Positions 56,054-63,932 of a stretch of DNA of 64,000 nucleotides are shown one piece after another. Source of the DNA: Escherichia phage V18. The DNA is taken from the sequence record NC_041937.1. One strand, 5' to 3'. A program made the translations under genes and the position numbers. The stretch's first letter is position 1, and each line of letters starts with the position of its first letter. The notes beneath the pieces are model-generated. The model ran no database searches. It was given only the letters and a program-made list of their open reading frames with translations, and was not told where the DNA came from.

Positions 56054-56401
56054 ATGCCAAAGATTAAAACGTTATTACTGTGGGTAACTGTTTTAGCTTT
56101 TATAGGGTACTGGACTTGGGAAACTGAATTAAAAGATATAGGATATACCAGTCTTGAGAGCAAGGCGTGCATTGGCATAACCGATGCGTTCAGGCAAAAT
56201 GCTATGGATCACGAATGTGTTGATGCAGATATAGATGAGAAACTGTCTAAGGACAAAGATTTTTACCATGGGCATGCTTTACTTGATAGTGGTGACACTG
56301 TAGAGTTCTGGTCGTGGTTTCGTGAAGATGGAACAATAAAAACAGCAGTAAAGATCTCTAACAAAGAGTTAATGCTGTTGCAGCAAAAGGAGGCTCAATG
56401 A
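56054..56401 (+). CDS. hypothetical protein with N-terminal signal/transmembrane segment
   Basis: 115 aa; N-terminus LLLWVTVLAFIGYWTW. Confidence 0.4.
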   Translation: MPKIKTLLLWVTVLAFIGYWTWETELKDIGYTSLESKACIGITDAFRQNAMDHECVDADIDEKLSKDKDFYHGHALLDSGDTVEFWSWFREDGTIKTAVKISNKELMLLQQKEAQ

Positions 56402-56685
56402 TCTGGATATCCTATGCTGATGGCACCATGCTGTATACTGCAGGTACCAGATATGAAGTTCAGGAGAACGATAAAAAATTTATCGTAAAAACATTTGACA
56501 AGGACGACAACCTTTTGCTAGAATTGACTTACAAGGTTGGAGAGGTATCCAATATCCAATTGGATTGTGGTCATAAAGATAACCCACTCAAAAAACCTGG
56601 AATAGGCAAGGCTTCAGAAGAACGTTTGTCTCGTATTGCAGAAAGCGTTTCTACACAAAAATCTAAGAAGGGGACTAGAAAATGA
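56398..56685 (+). CDS. hypothetical protein
   Basis: 95 aa ORF coupled to upstream gene. Confidence 0.4.
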   Translation: MIWISYADGTMLYTAGTRYEVQENDKKFIVKTFDKDDNLLLELTYKVGEVSNIQLDCGHKDNPLKKPGIGKASEERLSRIAESVSTQKSKKGTRK

Positions 56686-56750
56686 AAAACTTACGTTTTA
56701 ACACTGGCGCAATGGAAGAAGCAATATTCTAAACCAGGCGGGAGGGTTTT

Positions 56751-56936
56751 ATGAAGCACTATTGCCTGTCTGGTAGAATGGGTACAGATTGTGATTGGGT
56801 TTTCTTAAAACTTGTCAGCATTCGAGAGTTCATCCCAGAGGAAGAGCAAGAAAGCGAGCTGATGTCATGGATCAACCATTACGGTAACACTTTTCGGCAT
56901 GTTAAGGTAGAAGAGTTGCCAAGCGAGGCTGATTGA
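56751..56936 (+). CDS. hypothetical small protein
   Basis: 61 aa ORF. Confidence 0.35.
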   Translation: MKHYCLSGRMGTDCDWVFLKLVSIREFIPEEEQESELMSWINHYGNTFRHVKVEELPSEAD

Positions 56937-56938
56937 CT

Positions 56939-57028
56939 ATGATTGCATCAATATTAACGTTTATGGGTGGCGTGGCATTCGGATTCATTGTTTGCCTGTT
57001 TATAGTGATTATGTCTATGCGAGGCTGA
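56939..57028 (+). CDS. small membrane peptide (29 aa)
   Basis: MIASILTFMGGVAFGFIVCLFIVIMSMRG; coupled between flanking ORFs. Confidence 0.25.
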   Translation: MIASILTFMGGVAFGFIVCLFIVIMSMRG

Positions 57029-57031
57029 ATT

Positions 57032-57403
57032 ATGAAACTTTTTGAGTGGTTTAAAAAGTTTAAATATAAAGCTGTAGCCATCGTGCCGTGGTCAATTCAG
57101 TGGGTTGATGAAGGTGGTCTACCAATACCTGGTGACAAAGATACTGGGTACTGGATTATGATGGAGAACGGGTTTGGAAAGCGAAAGTATACGTGCACAA
57201 ACTCTACTCGATCTGCCACTAACTGGTCTAAATTCTACTGGGGAGCCAACGAGTGGGGAAGATACGCCACCAAATCAATGGCACTTATTGGTATAGCAGA
57301 GTACATTGCAGCCAGAGATAGGGTTGGAGACACTTATTACTATACTGCGGACGATATTCGTAACAGTGTTTACGTCCCACAACCACCTGATGGAGACCGT
57401 TGA
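57032..57403 (+). CDS. hypothetical protein
   Basis: 123 aa ORF. Confidence 0.4.
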   Translation: MKLFEWFKKFKYKAVAIVPWSIQWVDEGGLPIPGDKDTGYWIMMENGFGKRKYTCTNSTRSATNWSKFYWGANEWGRYATKSMALIGIAEYIAARDRVGDTYYYTADDIRNSVYVPQPPDGDR

Positions 57404-57627
57404 TGAAAGTTAAAGTTTTAGATTCAAGCTTCTATATTGGTCAGGAGCCCTTAGTGGGGAAAGTGTTTACTGCTGTCCCTAACGAAGATTACCCCGACCT
57501 TTTAAAAATAAAAGGGGCAGATCTTATTGCCGCTGGTGCATCTCATGAATGCTTTGACAGTCAGTGGACCTACAACTTTGCCCTAGGTGAGGATGTAGAG
57601 ATAGTGGAGGACGATCATGAAGGTTAA
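57400..57627 (+). CDS. small acidic protein, MKVK...DLIAAGA paralogue family member
   Basis: 75 aa; MKVKVLDSSFYIGQ ... GADLIAAGA ... EIVEDDHEG. Confidence 0.45.
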   Translation: MMKVKVLDSSFYIGQEPLVGKVFTAVPNEDYPDLLKIKGADLIAAGASHECFDSQWTYNFALGEDVEIVEDDHEG

Positions 57628-57871
57628 AATTCTTGATTCTAACGTCTACTTGGGACAATCCTTCCTGAAGGGAAAGGTAGTTCCTGCGGTATACTTTGAA
57701 GGGTTGCCGTGGGATGATCCTGTGCGGCAACATCACAGTTATGTAGGCCACAACGTAGTGTTTATCTTAGGATCAGACCTGATCGCTGCTGGTGCACCGG
57801 AATATTATTTCGGGGAAGAATCCTATTATGCCTTTGGGGCAGGGTCAGATGCAGATATTGTAGAGCTGTGA
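57617..57871 (+). CDS. small acidic protein, MKVK...DLIAAGA paralogue family member
   Basis: 84 aa; MKVKILDSNVYLGQ ... GSDLIAAGA ... DIVEL. Confidence 0.45.
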   Translation: MKVKILDSNVYLGQSFLKGKVVPAVYFEGLPWDDPVRQHHSYVGHNVVFILGSDLIAAGAPEYYFGEESYYAFGAGSDADIVEL

Positions 57872-57883
57872 TGGGTAACCGTT

Positions 57884-58279
57884 GTGAAAAATAAACTGTT
57901 CAAAGTTACAATGAAAATTCGCGGAGCTTGGAGCGTAAAGCAAGGGCGTATCCCAGAATTTGAGAAAGACTTCTACGTAGTCTCCACCTCGGAGGAGGCT
58001 GCATGCTGGCAGGCTGGCTATGCCTATGCAAGAACCTGGTACGAAGGATACCAGACTGGGGGCTATGACGGAGAAATTATCAGCAAGGGTGTGGAAGAAA
58101 TTAATGTGTTGACAAGTAAAAATTTTGTTATAGTGCATCCAGATTCCAGAGTGAAGCATTACTGGAATGCCAGAACAAAAACTTGGACACCGTTTGCAGA
58201 TTCTGCTACACCACTTTTAAACCAAAAAGCTCTTGACTCTGCCCCGAGCTACGGGGTTGTTGAAGAAAAGCTAGACTGA
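57884..58279 (+). CDS. hypothetical protein, paralogue of 60089-60484
   Basis: Shared C-terminal segment (V/M)(V/R)HP.S ... YW ... WTP with ORF 60089-60484. Confidence 0.4.
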   Translation: MKNKLFKVTMKIRGAWSVKQGRIPEFEKDFYVVSTSEEAACWQAGYAYARTWYEGYQTGGYDGEIISKGVEEINVLTSKNFVIVHPDSRVKHYWNARTKTWTPFADSATPLLNQKALDSAPSYGVVEEKLD

Positions 58280-58296
58280 AACAGTGAGGTGCCACT

Positions 58297-58587
58297 ATGA
58301 TGGATTTAGTTCTGAATATTGATAACGCAGGGGAGTTTAAAGACGATGGTGTAACAAGCATTGACCAACCATGCTCTGCCAAGATTGACTCAAAATGGGC
58401 CTACAAGTTTGACGGAGAGATCTTCGCAAATGATGAGAAGGTTGTAGATGCTGCAGCCATTTTGAACGCTCTAGGGTACGACCCTGTGAATTCTTTGATC
58501 AAGGATCCTGTTGAGTTTGCAGAGTATGTTCGAAAAATGGCAGATCTTGCTGTAGATATTTTAGATACTATCGATAATAAGCTGTAA
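58297..58587 (+). CDS. hypothetical acidic protein
   Basis: 96 aa ORF. Confidence 0.4.
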   Translation: MMDLVLNIDNAGEFKDDGVTSIDQPCSAKIDSKWAYKFDGEIFANDEKVVDAAAILNALGYDPVNSLIKDPVEFAEYVRKMADLAVDILDTIDNKL

Positions 58588-58593
58588 AAACTG

Positions 58594-58622
58594 TTGACAC
58601 AACGCTTCAGATTTAGTATCAT
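58594..58622 (+). promoter_or_regulatory. sigma70-like promoter upstream of HPF-like gene
   Basis: TGTTGACA-N17-TATCAT. Confidence 0.5.
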
Positions 58623-58671
58623 TGTTTTCAAAGAGAGATAGTTATTCCCTCTTCCTTAAAAGGAACACGTT

Positions 58672-58992
58672 ATGCAAATTGAAATCACTGGCAACAATGT
58701 AGAAATCACAGAAGGTATGGTATCTTTTATTTCCCGCAAAATGTCCAAGCTGGAGCGTTTACATCCCTCTGTCAACTATGCACGTGTGAGTGTAAAAGTT
58801 GAAAATGATCACCAGGAAGTTATGGCGTTCATTTTTGACAATTCTGGAAAAGAAGTTATTGCCAAAGCTAAAGGCAGTGATGCTTACGAGGCAACTGACC
58901 GTATGGTAGATGTTGCAGCACGTCAGCTGGCTAAATGCGGTGGAAAGAAAGGTAAGGGGAAAGGCAAAGTAAAGATTGACTTTGGAGAATGA
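58672..58992 (+). CDS. ribosome hibernation promoting factor / RaiA (YfiA) family protein
   Basis: MQIEITGNNVEITEGMVSFISRKMSKLERL ... YARVSVKVE ... AKAKGSDAYEATDRMVDVAARQLAK matches short HPF/RaiA pattern; own promoter and AAGGA RBS. Confidence 0.65.
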   Translation: MQIEITGNNVEITEGMVSFISRKMSKLERLHPSVNYARVSVKVENDHQEVMAFIFDNSGKEVIAKAKGSDAYEATDRMVDVAARQLAKCGGKKGKGKGKVKIDFGE

Positions 58993-59001
58993 GGTGCTAC
59001 A

Positions 59002-59103
59002 ATGGGTGTGATTAAGAAATTAGTCACAAATGTAGAGATTGCATGCTTTGAAATTATGTTTGCAATCGCAGTTGTAGTTAATGTGTTAGGTTACGGCTAT
59101 TAA
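59002..59103 (+). CDS. small membrane peptide (33 aa)
   Basis: MGVIKKLVTNVEIACFEIMFAIAVVVNVLGYGY; GAGGTG RBS. Confidence 0.25.
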   Translation: MGVIKKLVTNVEIACFEIMFAIAVVVNVLGYGY

Positions 59104-59129
59104 TATCAAATAATTGAGGAGACCTCTAA

Positions 59130-59399
59130 ATGAAAATTAAATTATTCAAAACTGAGCTGGCAGACAAAAACTGTGGACTGGTTGAAGGCATGATTGTTGA
59201 AGCACAACCAGTGGACTATATGAAGGTGGTTCGTGATGCCCTAGGTGAAGGTTTTGATCTGATGGAGCCAGCTCTGCGAGAAGATGTTATCGAGATGGCT
59301 AAAAAGCACACACCTGAAGGTTTGGTGGTGTTTGTTGCACCGGGTAACGGAGAAGAGTTGATTGTAACTCCGGATGTGTATGAGATTGTAGAGGAATAA
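59130..59399 (+). CDS. small acidic protein ending YEIVEE (paralogue family B)
   Basis: 89 aa; MKIKLFKTE ... YEIVEE; similar architecture to 60561-60821. Confidence 0.45.
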   Translation: MKIKLFKTELADKNCGLVEGMIVEAQPVDYMKVVRDALGEGFDLMEPALREDVIEMAKKHTPEGLVVFVAPGNGEELIVTPDVYEIVEE

Positions 59400-59490
59400 T
59401 CCTGCTTGGATTAGCATACTTCCTCGATAAGGAAGATTTGTAATTATTTGTGGGAAAGGAATCCCAATCTCTTACCAGAGGTGATACTAT

Positions 59491-59670
59491 ATGATTGTTT
59501 ATTTTAAAACTTCAGGTGGATACCCTGATTCTCAAAGCTTGATCGGAAAAACGTGCACAGCATACTCACCTCTTGATGAGGAGGTAAGCGATATTCTACG
59601 AAATATGTATCGGATTGACCCCCAAGAAGCTTTGATCAAAACCTTGTATTTGTCAAGGGCTCAGATATGA
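59491..59670 (+). CDS. hypothetical small protein (59 aa)
   Basis: MIVYFKTSGGYPDSQ... ORF not in track. Confidence 0.3.
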   Translation: MIVYFKTSGGYPDSQSLIGKTCTAYSPLDEEVSDILRNMYRIDPQEALIKTLYLSRAQI

Positions 59671-59757
59671 AGTCTTTGGGAGCATTCCCTGAAGCAGATG
59701 ATGATGCCGTTTATTCGTTCATGACTCCTTTTGAAGCTATGGTTGTTGGGTGATAAT

Positions 59758-59949
59758 ATGAAAGTACGCTTTATTGGTGAAACAATTCCTGTGCATCTCC
59801 GGTCTCCTGAGGATTCTGCAGATCTTGCATCTCAAAAGGCGAGAGGTTATGATAAGAAAGTAACCTCAACCGATGTAGTGCTTGAGGCTACTAGCTACCT
59901 GACCCTGCTGCATTCTTTAATCATTATGGGTACTATTTCAGCAACCTGA
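59758..59949 (+). CDS. hypothetical small protein
   Basis: Start placed at ATG 59758 (MKVRFIGETIP) within track ORF 59731-59949. Confidence 0.35.
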   Translation: MKVRFIGETIPVHLRSPEDSADLASQKARGYDKKVTSTDVVLEATSYLTLLHSLIIMGTISAT

Positions 59950-60092
59950 TGAATATCGGTGAGCTTGTATTTATTAGTGGTGGAGAAATTGTTAGCAAGC
60001 TCGGTGGCGATCCAGATGTCTTTCATGAAACCTGTCCTTTTGCATTTGTGGTAGGTTCAGATGTGGAAGTTATTGAGGAGGTGCGGTAATGG
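59949..60092 (+). CDS. hypothetical small acidic protein (47 aa)
   Basis: MNIGELVFISGGEI ... VEVIEEVR; coupled to flanking genes. Confidence 0.3.
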
Positions 60093-60484
60093 TAAGCCTA
60101 TACCGTGTCGAGTATAGCTCGGATACTGTATACAACGTAAGAAGCAAAGATCGCAGCGACAGAGTGCAAGAAATGTATGTTCTTGCCGACAGTCCGTTAT
60201 CTGCAGCGTTCAAGGCAGGGGCTCTTGCATCTCGTTGGAAATTTGAAGGTGGATCTTTCTATGAAGAAACCCTTGAAGATTCTGTTGTTATTTCTTCTGT
60301 AGAGGTTTCAGATGACTACGAAGGGAAAAAGTTCGTAATGCGGCACCCACACAGCAATATTGCGTACTACTGGGACGTTCTGAACAACGAGTGGACCCCA
60401 GATCTTCAGAAGGCTACTGTGCTAACACCGTTTTTGGCAGATAAGTTCCCACCAGAAGGTAATTTATCTGCACTGTTTCAGTAA
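60089..60484 (+). CDS. hypothetical protein, paralogue of 57884-58279
   Basis: 131 aa; shared C-terminal HP.S ... YW ... WTP segment. Confidence 0.4.
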   Translation: MVSLYRVEYSSDTVYNVRSKDRSDRVQEMYVLADSPLSAAFKAGALASRWKFEGGSFYEETLEDSVVISSVEVSDDYEGKKFVMRHPHSNIAYYWDVLNNEWTPDLQKATVLTPFLADKFPPEGNLSALFQ

Positions 60485-60502
60485 TTTTCTTGCACACAGG
60501 TG

Positions 60503-60531
60503 TTGACAACGCCAACCCTGTGTGAAATAAT
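60503..60531 (+). promoter_or_regulatory. sigma70-like promoter
   Basis: TGTTGACA-N17-AATAAT with TGTG upstream of -10. Confidence 0.4.
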
Positions 60532-60560
60532 ACCTTCATCTTAACAAGACAGGAGACCGA

Positions 60561-60821
60561 TTGATGAAGATTAAATTGAAAAACCTTGAAACGGCAGAGA
60601 TTCAGGACGGTGTTGATTTCCGTTCTAAAGATGGTGACATCTTAGAGGTAAATATTCCAACCTACGATCTGATCAAAGGTTTTGGCAACGTCCCCGAGGA
60701 AGGTATCGCAGACGTTCTTCTAATGTTAATCGTTAGTGGGACAGTGTTCTTGGGTGAAGGTGAGAACGCTATTGCAATCCCAAGCCATTTTTATGAAGTA
60801 GTTGACGAAGAGGTGCTGTAA
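60561..60821 (+). CDS. small acidic protein ending YEVVDEEVL (paralogue family B)
   Basis: 86 aa; MKIKLKNLE ... YEVVDEE; promoter 60503-60531 upstream. Confidence 0.45.
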   Translation: MMKIKLKNLETAEIQDGVDFRSKDGDILEVNIPTYDLIKGFGNVPEEGIADVLLMLIVSGTVFLGEGENAIAIPSHFYEVVDEEVL

Positions 60822-61172
60822 ATGAAAGTAGAAATTACTGGTTTTGATGTGAATGCGGTTCCGGAAGATATTTTAGCTAAACTTCCGGAAGGTTTTGGTA
60901 ACGGTGTTGTGGTGGATGCTGTTCCTCCTACCAAAGACATTCTGCTGCAGTATGGTGTAGCAGAGGAAGATGTCGATAAAGTTCTTACAATGATGGCAAT
61001 CGATCGTGTTGTCGTTGTTAAAGGTCTCGATAATTTTGAGAGTGATCCCCTGATTATTCGTGGAGATGACTACAAAATCATCGATAATGAAGGCCAAGAG
61101 TTCTATGAACCTTGTGCAGAAGATATTCTTAACTTATTACTGGAAGCAGGCACCGAAGAGGAGGACGAATAA
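60822..61172 (+). CDS. small acidic protein
   Basis: 116 aa; MKVEITGF ... acidic C-terminus EAGTEEEDE. Confidence 0.45.
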   Translation: MKVEITGFDVNAVPEDILAKLPEGFGNGVVVDAVPPTKDILLQYGVAEEDVDKVLTMMAIDRVVVVKGLDNFESDPLIIRGDDYKIIDNEGQEFYEPCAEDILNLLLEAGTEEEDE

Positions 61173-61501
61173 TGAAGATTGACCCGTTACTGAAGGCTCG
61201 TGCAGAAAAAGCGTACACCATTAAGCTGACCACCCTGGTTCCTGCTTGTCATCCGGATGTAGGTTGGCCCGAAGGTCTGGTAGAGGGGACTGTAACAGCC
61301 GCATACCTTCCTAACATCAAATACCTTATGGAAATCTTAGAGATGGATGAGGAAACTGCAGAACAGTTCCAGTTGGATATGAAACAAAGTGGGACTTTGG
61401 TTATTCACGGGTGGTATAATACTAAAGATGCAGAAGACCCTCTGGTAACTTCTAATCTGGCATATGAAATCTTAGGGCCTTTGAACCTGGGGGAAGACTA
61501 A
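61172..61501 (+). CDS. small acidic protein
   Basis: 109 aa; ends AYEILGPLNLGED. Confidence 0.45.
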   Translation: MKIDPLLKARAEKAYTIKLTTLVPACHPDVGWPEGLVEGTVTAAYLPNIKYLMEILEMDEETAEQFQLDMKQSGTLVIHGWYNTKDAEDPLVTSNLAYEILGPLNLGED

Positions 61502-61788
61502 TGAAAGATCTGGTTAAGATTAAGATTAAAGATACCAATGGAGAACTCAGCCATTTTGGAATTAATGATGGTGACGAGCTGATCGCACACTTGCCTACCA
61601 AGGAAGTTGTAAGCAAAGCGGTTGCCGGAGAAGAAGCTGCAATGCAGGCTGCAGGTGTGGATGAAAACTATGTAGCCATGTGCATGTGCCGAGATCAGGT
61701 TGTTCTGTATAAAGCGTATCGACCAAACGGAGCCACGGAGTGGCTTGTATTCCGACCTGAAGGATATGAAATCTTAGAGGCACTATGA
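61501..61788 (+). CDS. small acidic protein
   Basis: 95 aa; ends EGYEILEAL. Confidence 0.45.
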   Translation: MKDLVKIKIKDTNGELSHFGINDGDELIAHLPTKEVVSKAVAGEEAAMQAAGVDENYVAMCMCRDQVVLYKAYRPNGATEWLVFRPEGYEILEAL

Positions 61789-61877
61789 TAAATCTTGCCA
61801 AGGTTGCAATGGTCCTGCTAATTATTTGCTGGTCAGTAACCTTAACACTGTGTCTTGTATTTCAGTAAGGTGCTTAT

Positions 61878-62075
61878 ATGAACATCCTGATGTGGGTTGT
61901 AGCAGTGGCGTTTGTTGCATGTTTTTGCTGCTGGGTTGCGGTGAGGATTTCTGTAGCTACCTTCGGAAGTTGGGGTTCTCAGAGTGGGATATTAATATCC
62001 TTTCTTTTCGCAATGAAACAATCTCAGCCGCCCTGCTCTGTAAGAAATTCAAGTGGGAACCTTGTGAGGTCATGA
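61878..62075 (+). CDS. small membrane protein (boundaries uncertain)
   Basis: N-terminal helix MNILMWVVAVAFVACFCCWVAV; overlapping ORF 61826-62140 has a plausible C-terminal half in another frame. Confidence 0.3.
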   Translation: MNILMWVVAVAFVACFCCWVAVRISVATFGSWGSQSGILISFLFAMKQSQPPCSVRNSSGNLVRS

Positions 62076-62168
62076 ACTATCTAAGAACGGGGGATATCCC
62101 TGAAAGATTTAAAAAAGTTCTTGACGGCAAGGATAAATGATAGTATAGTGACTAACAAGAGGTGAGGA

Positions 62169-62309
62169 ATGACTGATTTTACTGAAGCTTTGATGATGGC
62201 CTTGTCTGTTTTAGCGCTATCGGTATGTTTTGGGGCGTTATTCACATCTCTGGTTAAAGTTTTACATACAGTATTATTACCCAAGGAGCGCAGTAATGAC
62301 GAAGATTGA
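62169..62309 (+). CDS. small membrane protein (46 aa)
   Basis: MTDFTEALMMALSVLALSVCFGALFTSLVKVL...; GAGGTGAGGA RBS. Confidence 0.25.
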   Translation: MTDFTEALMMALSVLALSVCFGALFTSLVKVLHTVLLPKERSNDED

Positions 62310-62547
62310 CTTGAATGCTGGCGACCATGTTGTTGTCAAATGCATCGGAGATTATCTTGGATTCACAATCGGCAATACTTACGAGGCGGTAGTGTCGAAG
62401 GTTTATCATGATAAAGTCCTCAGTCTTGTATTTGACTGCGATGATGATGGGGATGACCGATACGTCTGTGAGGTGCTGGCACGAGACGATAGTGAAGACC
62501 AGAAATTCCTGGTTATTGAACTGAACGGTATTTTTGTAGAACGTTAA
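62296..62547 (+). CDS. hypothetical small protein
   Basis: Start placed at ATG 62296 (MTKIDLNAGDHVVV) with AAGGAG RBS. Confidence 0.45.
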   Translation: MTKIDLNAGDHVVVKCIGDYLGFTIGNTYEAVVSKVYHDKVLSLVFDCDDDGDDRYVCEVLARDDSEDQKFLVIELNGIFVER

Positions 62548-62575
62548 TTTAAAACAACATAAGGAGACTCTTACT

Positions 62576-62881
62576 ATGGCTAAATCTAAAGTTGAACTGT
62601 TCACCTCTCTTCCTTCTGACACTGCAGAACGTGATCGCCTTCGCAAAACAATCGAAGAACTGGTGGAACTCCAGCTTCAGATTAAAGACCTGAAAGATGC
62701 CATCAAGGATATCATTCTCGTTGAGAAGCAGGATCATCTATATTCTCCTAAATTCATCAAATCTCTGGTGGCTACAGAGTTTGATATCCGCTACGAAGCT
62801 GAAAAACGTCGCGCTAAGATTGAAGAAGAGGTTGAGCACATGTCTGAGGCAGACATTCTGTTCAAACGCTCTGTAGAATAA
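62576..62881 (+). CDS. hypothetical coiled-coil protein
   Basis: 101 aa helical protein; AAGGAGA RBS; terminator hairpin follows. Confidence 0.45.
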   Translation: MAKSKVELFTSLPSDTAERDRLRKTIEELVELQLQIKDLKDAIKDIILVEKQDHLYSPKFIKSLVATEFDIRYEAEKRRAKIEEEVEHMSEADILFKRSVE

Positions 62882-62889
62882 TGACAAAA

Positions 62890-62914
62890 AGAGGGGCCCA
62901 AGCCCCTCTTTTTA
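62890..62914 (+). terminator. rho-independent terminator
   Basis: AGAGGGGC-CCAA-GCCCCTCT hairpin followed by TTTTT. Confidence 0.55.
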
Positions 62915-62936
62915 CTATCTATGAAGGAGATTTGAG

Positions 62937-63263
62937 ATGGGTATACCGATCACTGTAAAAGAATTGAATGAACGTGATGCAGGCGGTCTATGGCCTGCAC
63001 GAAAAATACGCTGCGTCTATATGAAAGAGAATCTTGAACATCTTGATCAACAGATAAAGGTCGGCGATATTTTCGAGGTCTTCTATTCCAATCGGCGCAA
63101 CTGGGAAACCATTCAGCCTTCTGGTTTTGTTCTTGCCAAACTTGACACTGGAGAAGTGATTATCCCTGGGTTGGATATTGTCTTCGAAATTATCCAGGAG
63201 TGGGATCCGGATAAGATTAGATACGAAGAACTATTCGGTAAAGGTATTATCAAACCTGTGTGA
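62937..63263 (+). CDS. hypothetical protein
   Basis: 108 aa ORF with AAGGAGA RBS after terminator. Confidence 0.45.
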   Translation: MGIPITVKELNERDAGGLWPARKIRCVYMKENLEHLDQQIKVGDIFEVFYSNRRNWETIQPSGFVLAKLDTGEVIIPGLDIVFEIIQEWDPDKIRYEELFGKGIIKPV

Positions 63264-63655
63264 GGTGGATTATGTCTACAAAGGCGGCTAAATACTCTTA
63301 CATGCCATCAACCTCTGCAGAGGTAGACTTTAGTTTCGATGTGTTTCCACTGTTTGAGGTGGTTCTGGCATACCCAACAATACTATCTACTCCTGAATCA
63401 CTTGTGCCTGTTAAGTTGCAGAACGCTATGCATTCTATGCACTACAACAATAAATGTAGGCACAGATGGTGTCAAGACGAGGAAAAAGATTTGGATAGTT
63501 TGAGGGATTTTGACAGTCACCTTTTGACACCTTTCAGCTACTCCAACCTTGATAAGCCTCATGGGTATAGCAAAATATCAAATTTAAGACACCTAGGACG
63601 CTCTGTGGCGTCCTTTTCTTTATCTGGTGCACGATTGCATACCTTGGACAGATAA
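63260..63655 (+). CDS. hypothetical protein
   Basis: 131 aa ORF coupled to upstream gene. Confidence 0.4.
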   Translation: MRWIMSTKAAKYSYMPSTSAEVDFSFDVFPLFEVVLAYPTILSTPESLVPVKLQNAMHSMHYNNKCRHRWCQDEEKDLDSLRDFDSHLLTPFSYSNLDKPHGYSKISNLRHLGRSVASFSLSGARLHTLDR

Positions 63656-63783
63656 TCCCGTTACAGAGCGTTTAAGAGCTTCCTACAAACAAATCTCTCT
63701 TTCGAGCGTAGCGAGAACGCACGTCCGTTTTGACCCAAATCACCATACGCTCGGATTTTAACCAAACCCTCGCGGCGTTTCTG

Positions 63784-63812
63784 TTGACACATTACCGCTA
63801 CCGTGATAGTAT
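63784..63812 (+). promoter_or_regulatory. sigma70-like promoter
   Basis: TGTTGACA-N17-TAGTAT upstream of small membrane ORF. Confidence 0.5.
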
Positions 63813-63830
63813 CCACACAGTTTGGAGAAT

Positions 63831-63932
63831 ATGGAATACACAATGAGAACATTGTCTGAAGTTTTAGTGGTGATCCTGATGATCATTACGTCTATAGCGG
63901 CTGTTGCCGGAATACTCACGGGTGGAACATGA
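63831..63932 (+). CDS. small membrane peptide (33 aa)
   Basis: MEYTMRTLSEVLVVILMIITSIAAVAGILTGGT; downstream of promoter 63784-63812. Confidence 0.25.
   Translation: MEYTMRTLSEVLVVILMIITSIAAVAGILTGGT

Noticed and set aside
61826-62140. ORF 61826-62140 as a single 104 aa protein
   Set aside because: Its N-terminal half is Cys-rich and implausible while the overlapping frame encodes a clean transmembrane helix (61878 onward); probably two products or another frame change, so only the membrane ORF was listed
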